Positions 63,993 through 64,000 of a DNA stretch of 64,000 nt are shown piece by piece (position 1 is the first letter of the stretch; each line of letters starts with the position of its first letter). Where the stretch lies: the NCBI GenBank assembly GCA_030704615.1, contig CM060731.1:27652001-27716000 (forward strand), read 5' to 3'. The translations under genes and the position numbers were made by a program. Below the pieces are notes generated by a model. It did no database searches and was not told the DNA's origin. It saw only the letters and a program-made list of their open reading frames with translations. This DNA is from Takakia lepidozioides. Lineage: Eukaryota > Plantae > Bryophyta.

Positions 63993-64000
63993 GTAAGGTG

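Overview
Eukaryotic nuclear DNA from a land plant. The TE repertoire and gene structure suggest a non-seed plant, possibly a bryophyte (inference). There are five host genes. (1) The 5' half of an ABCC/MRP transporter (- strand, runs off the left edge). (2) An intronless TIM17. (3) A 19-exon 7-hydroxymethyl chlorophyll a reductase (HCAR, - strand) that the ORF track shows only in fragments. (4) A 12-exon SF1/BBP-like KH-QUA2 zinc-knuckle protein, head-to-head with HCAR. (5) The start of a malectin-domain protein, probably kinesin-14. The rest is a dense TE landscape: a full-length RTEX-like LINE with a 14-bp TSD plus two truncated copies, an L1, two Ty3/gypsy relics, tRNA-derived SINEs, and hAT, Harbinger, Tc1/mariner, CACTA and Helitron non-autonomous elements. 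The most unusual observations are four. The LINE RT is frameshifted by exactly two extra TTTAGGG telomere repeats. A self-priming (Tf1-type) LTR is flipped relative to its own PBS and gag. A SINE and an L1 share a 3' end motif. A gypsy Gag has a long N-terminal extension beginning with an F-box-like motif. All coordinates were read by eye and no database searches were run.
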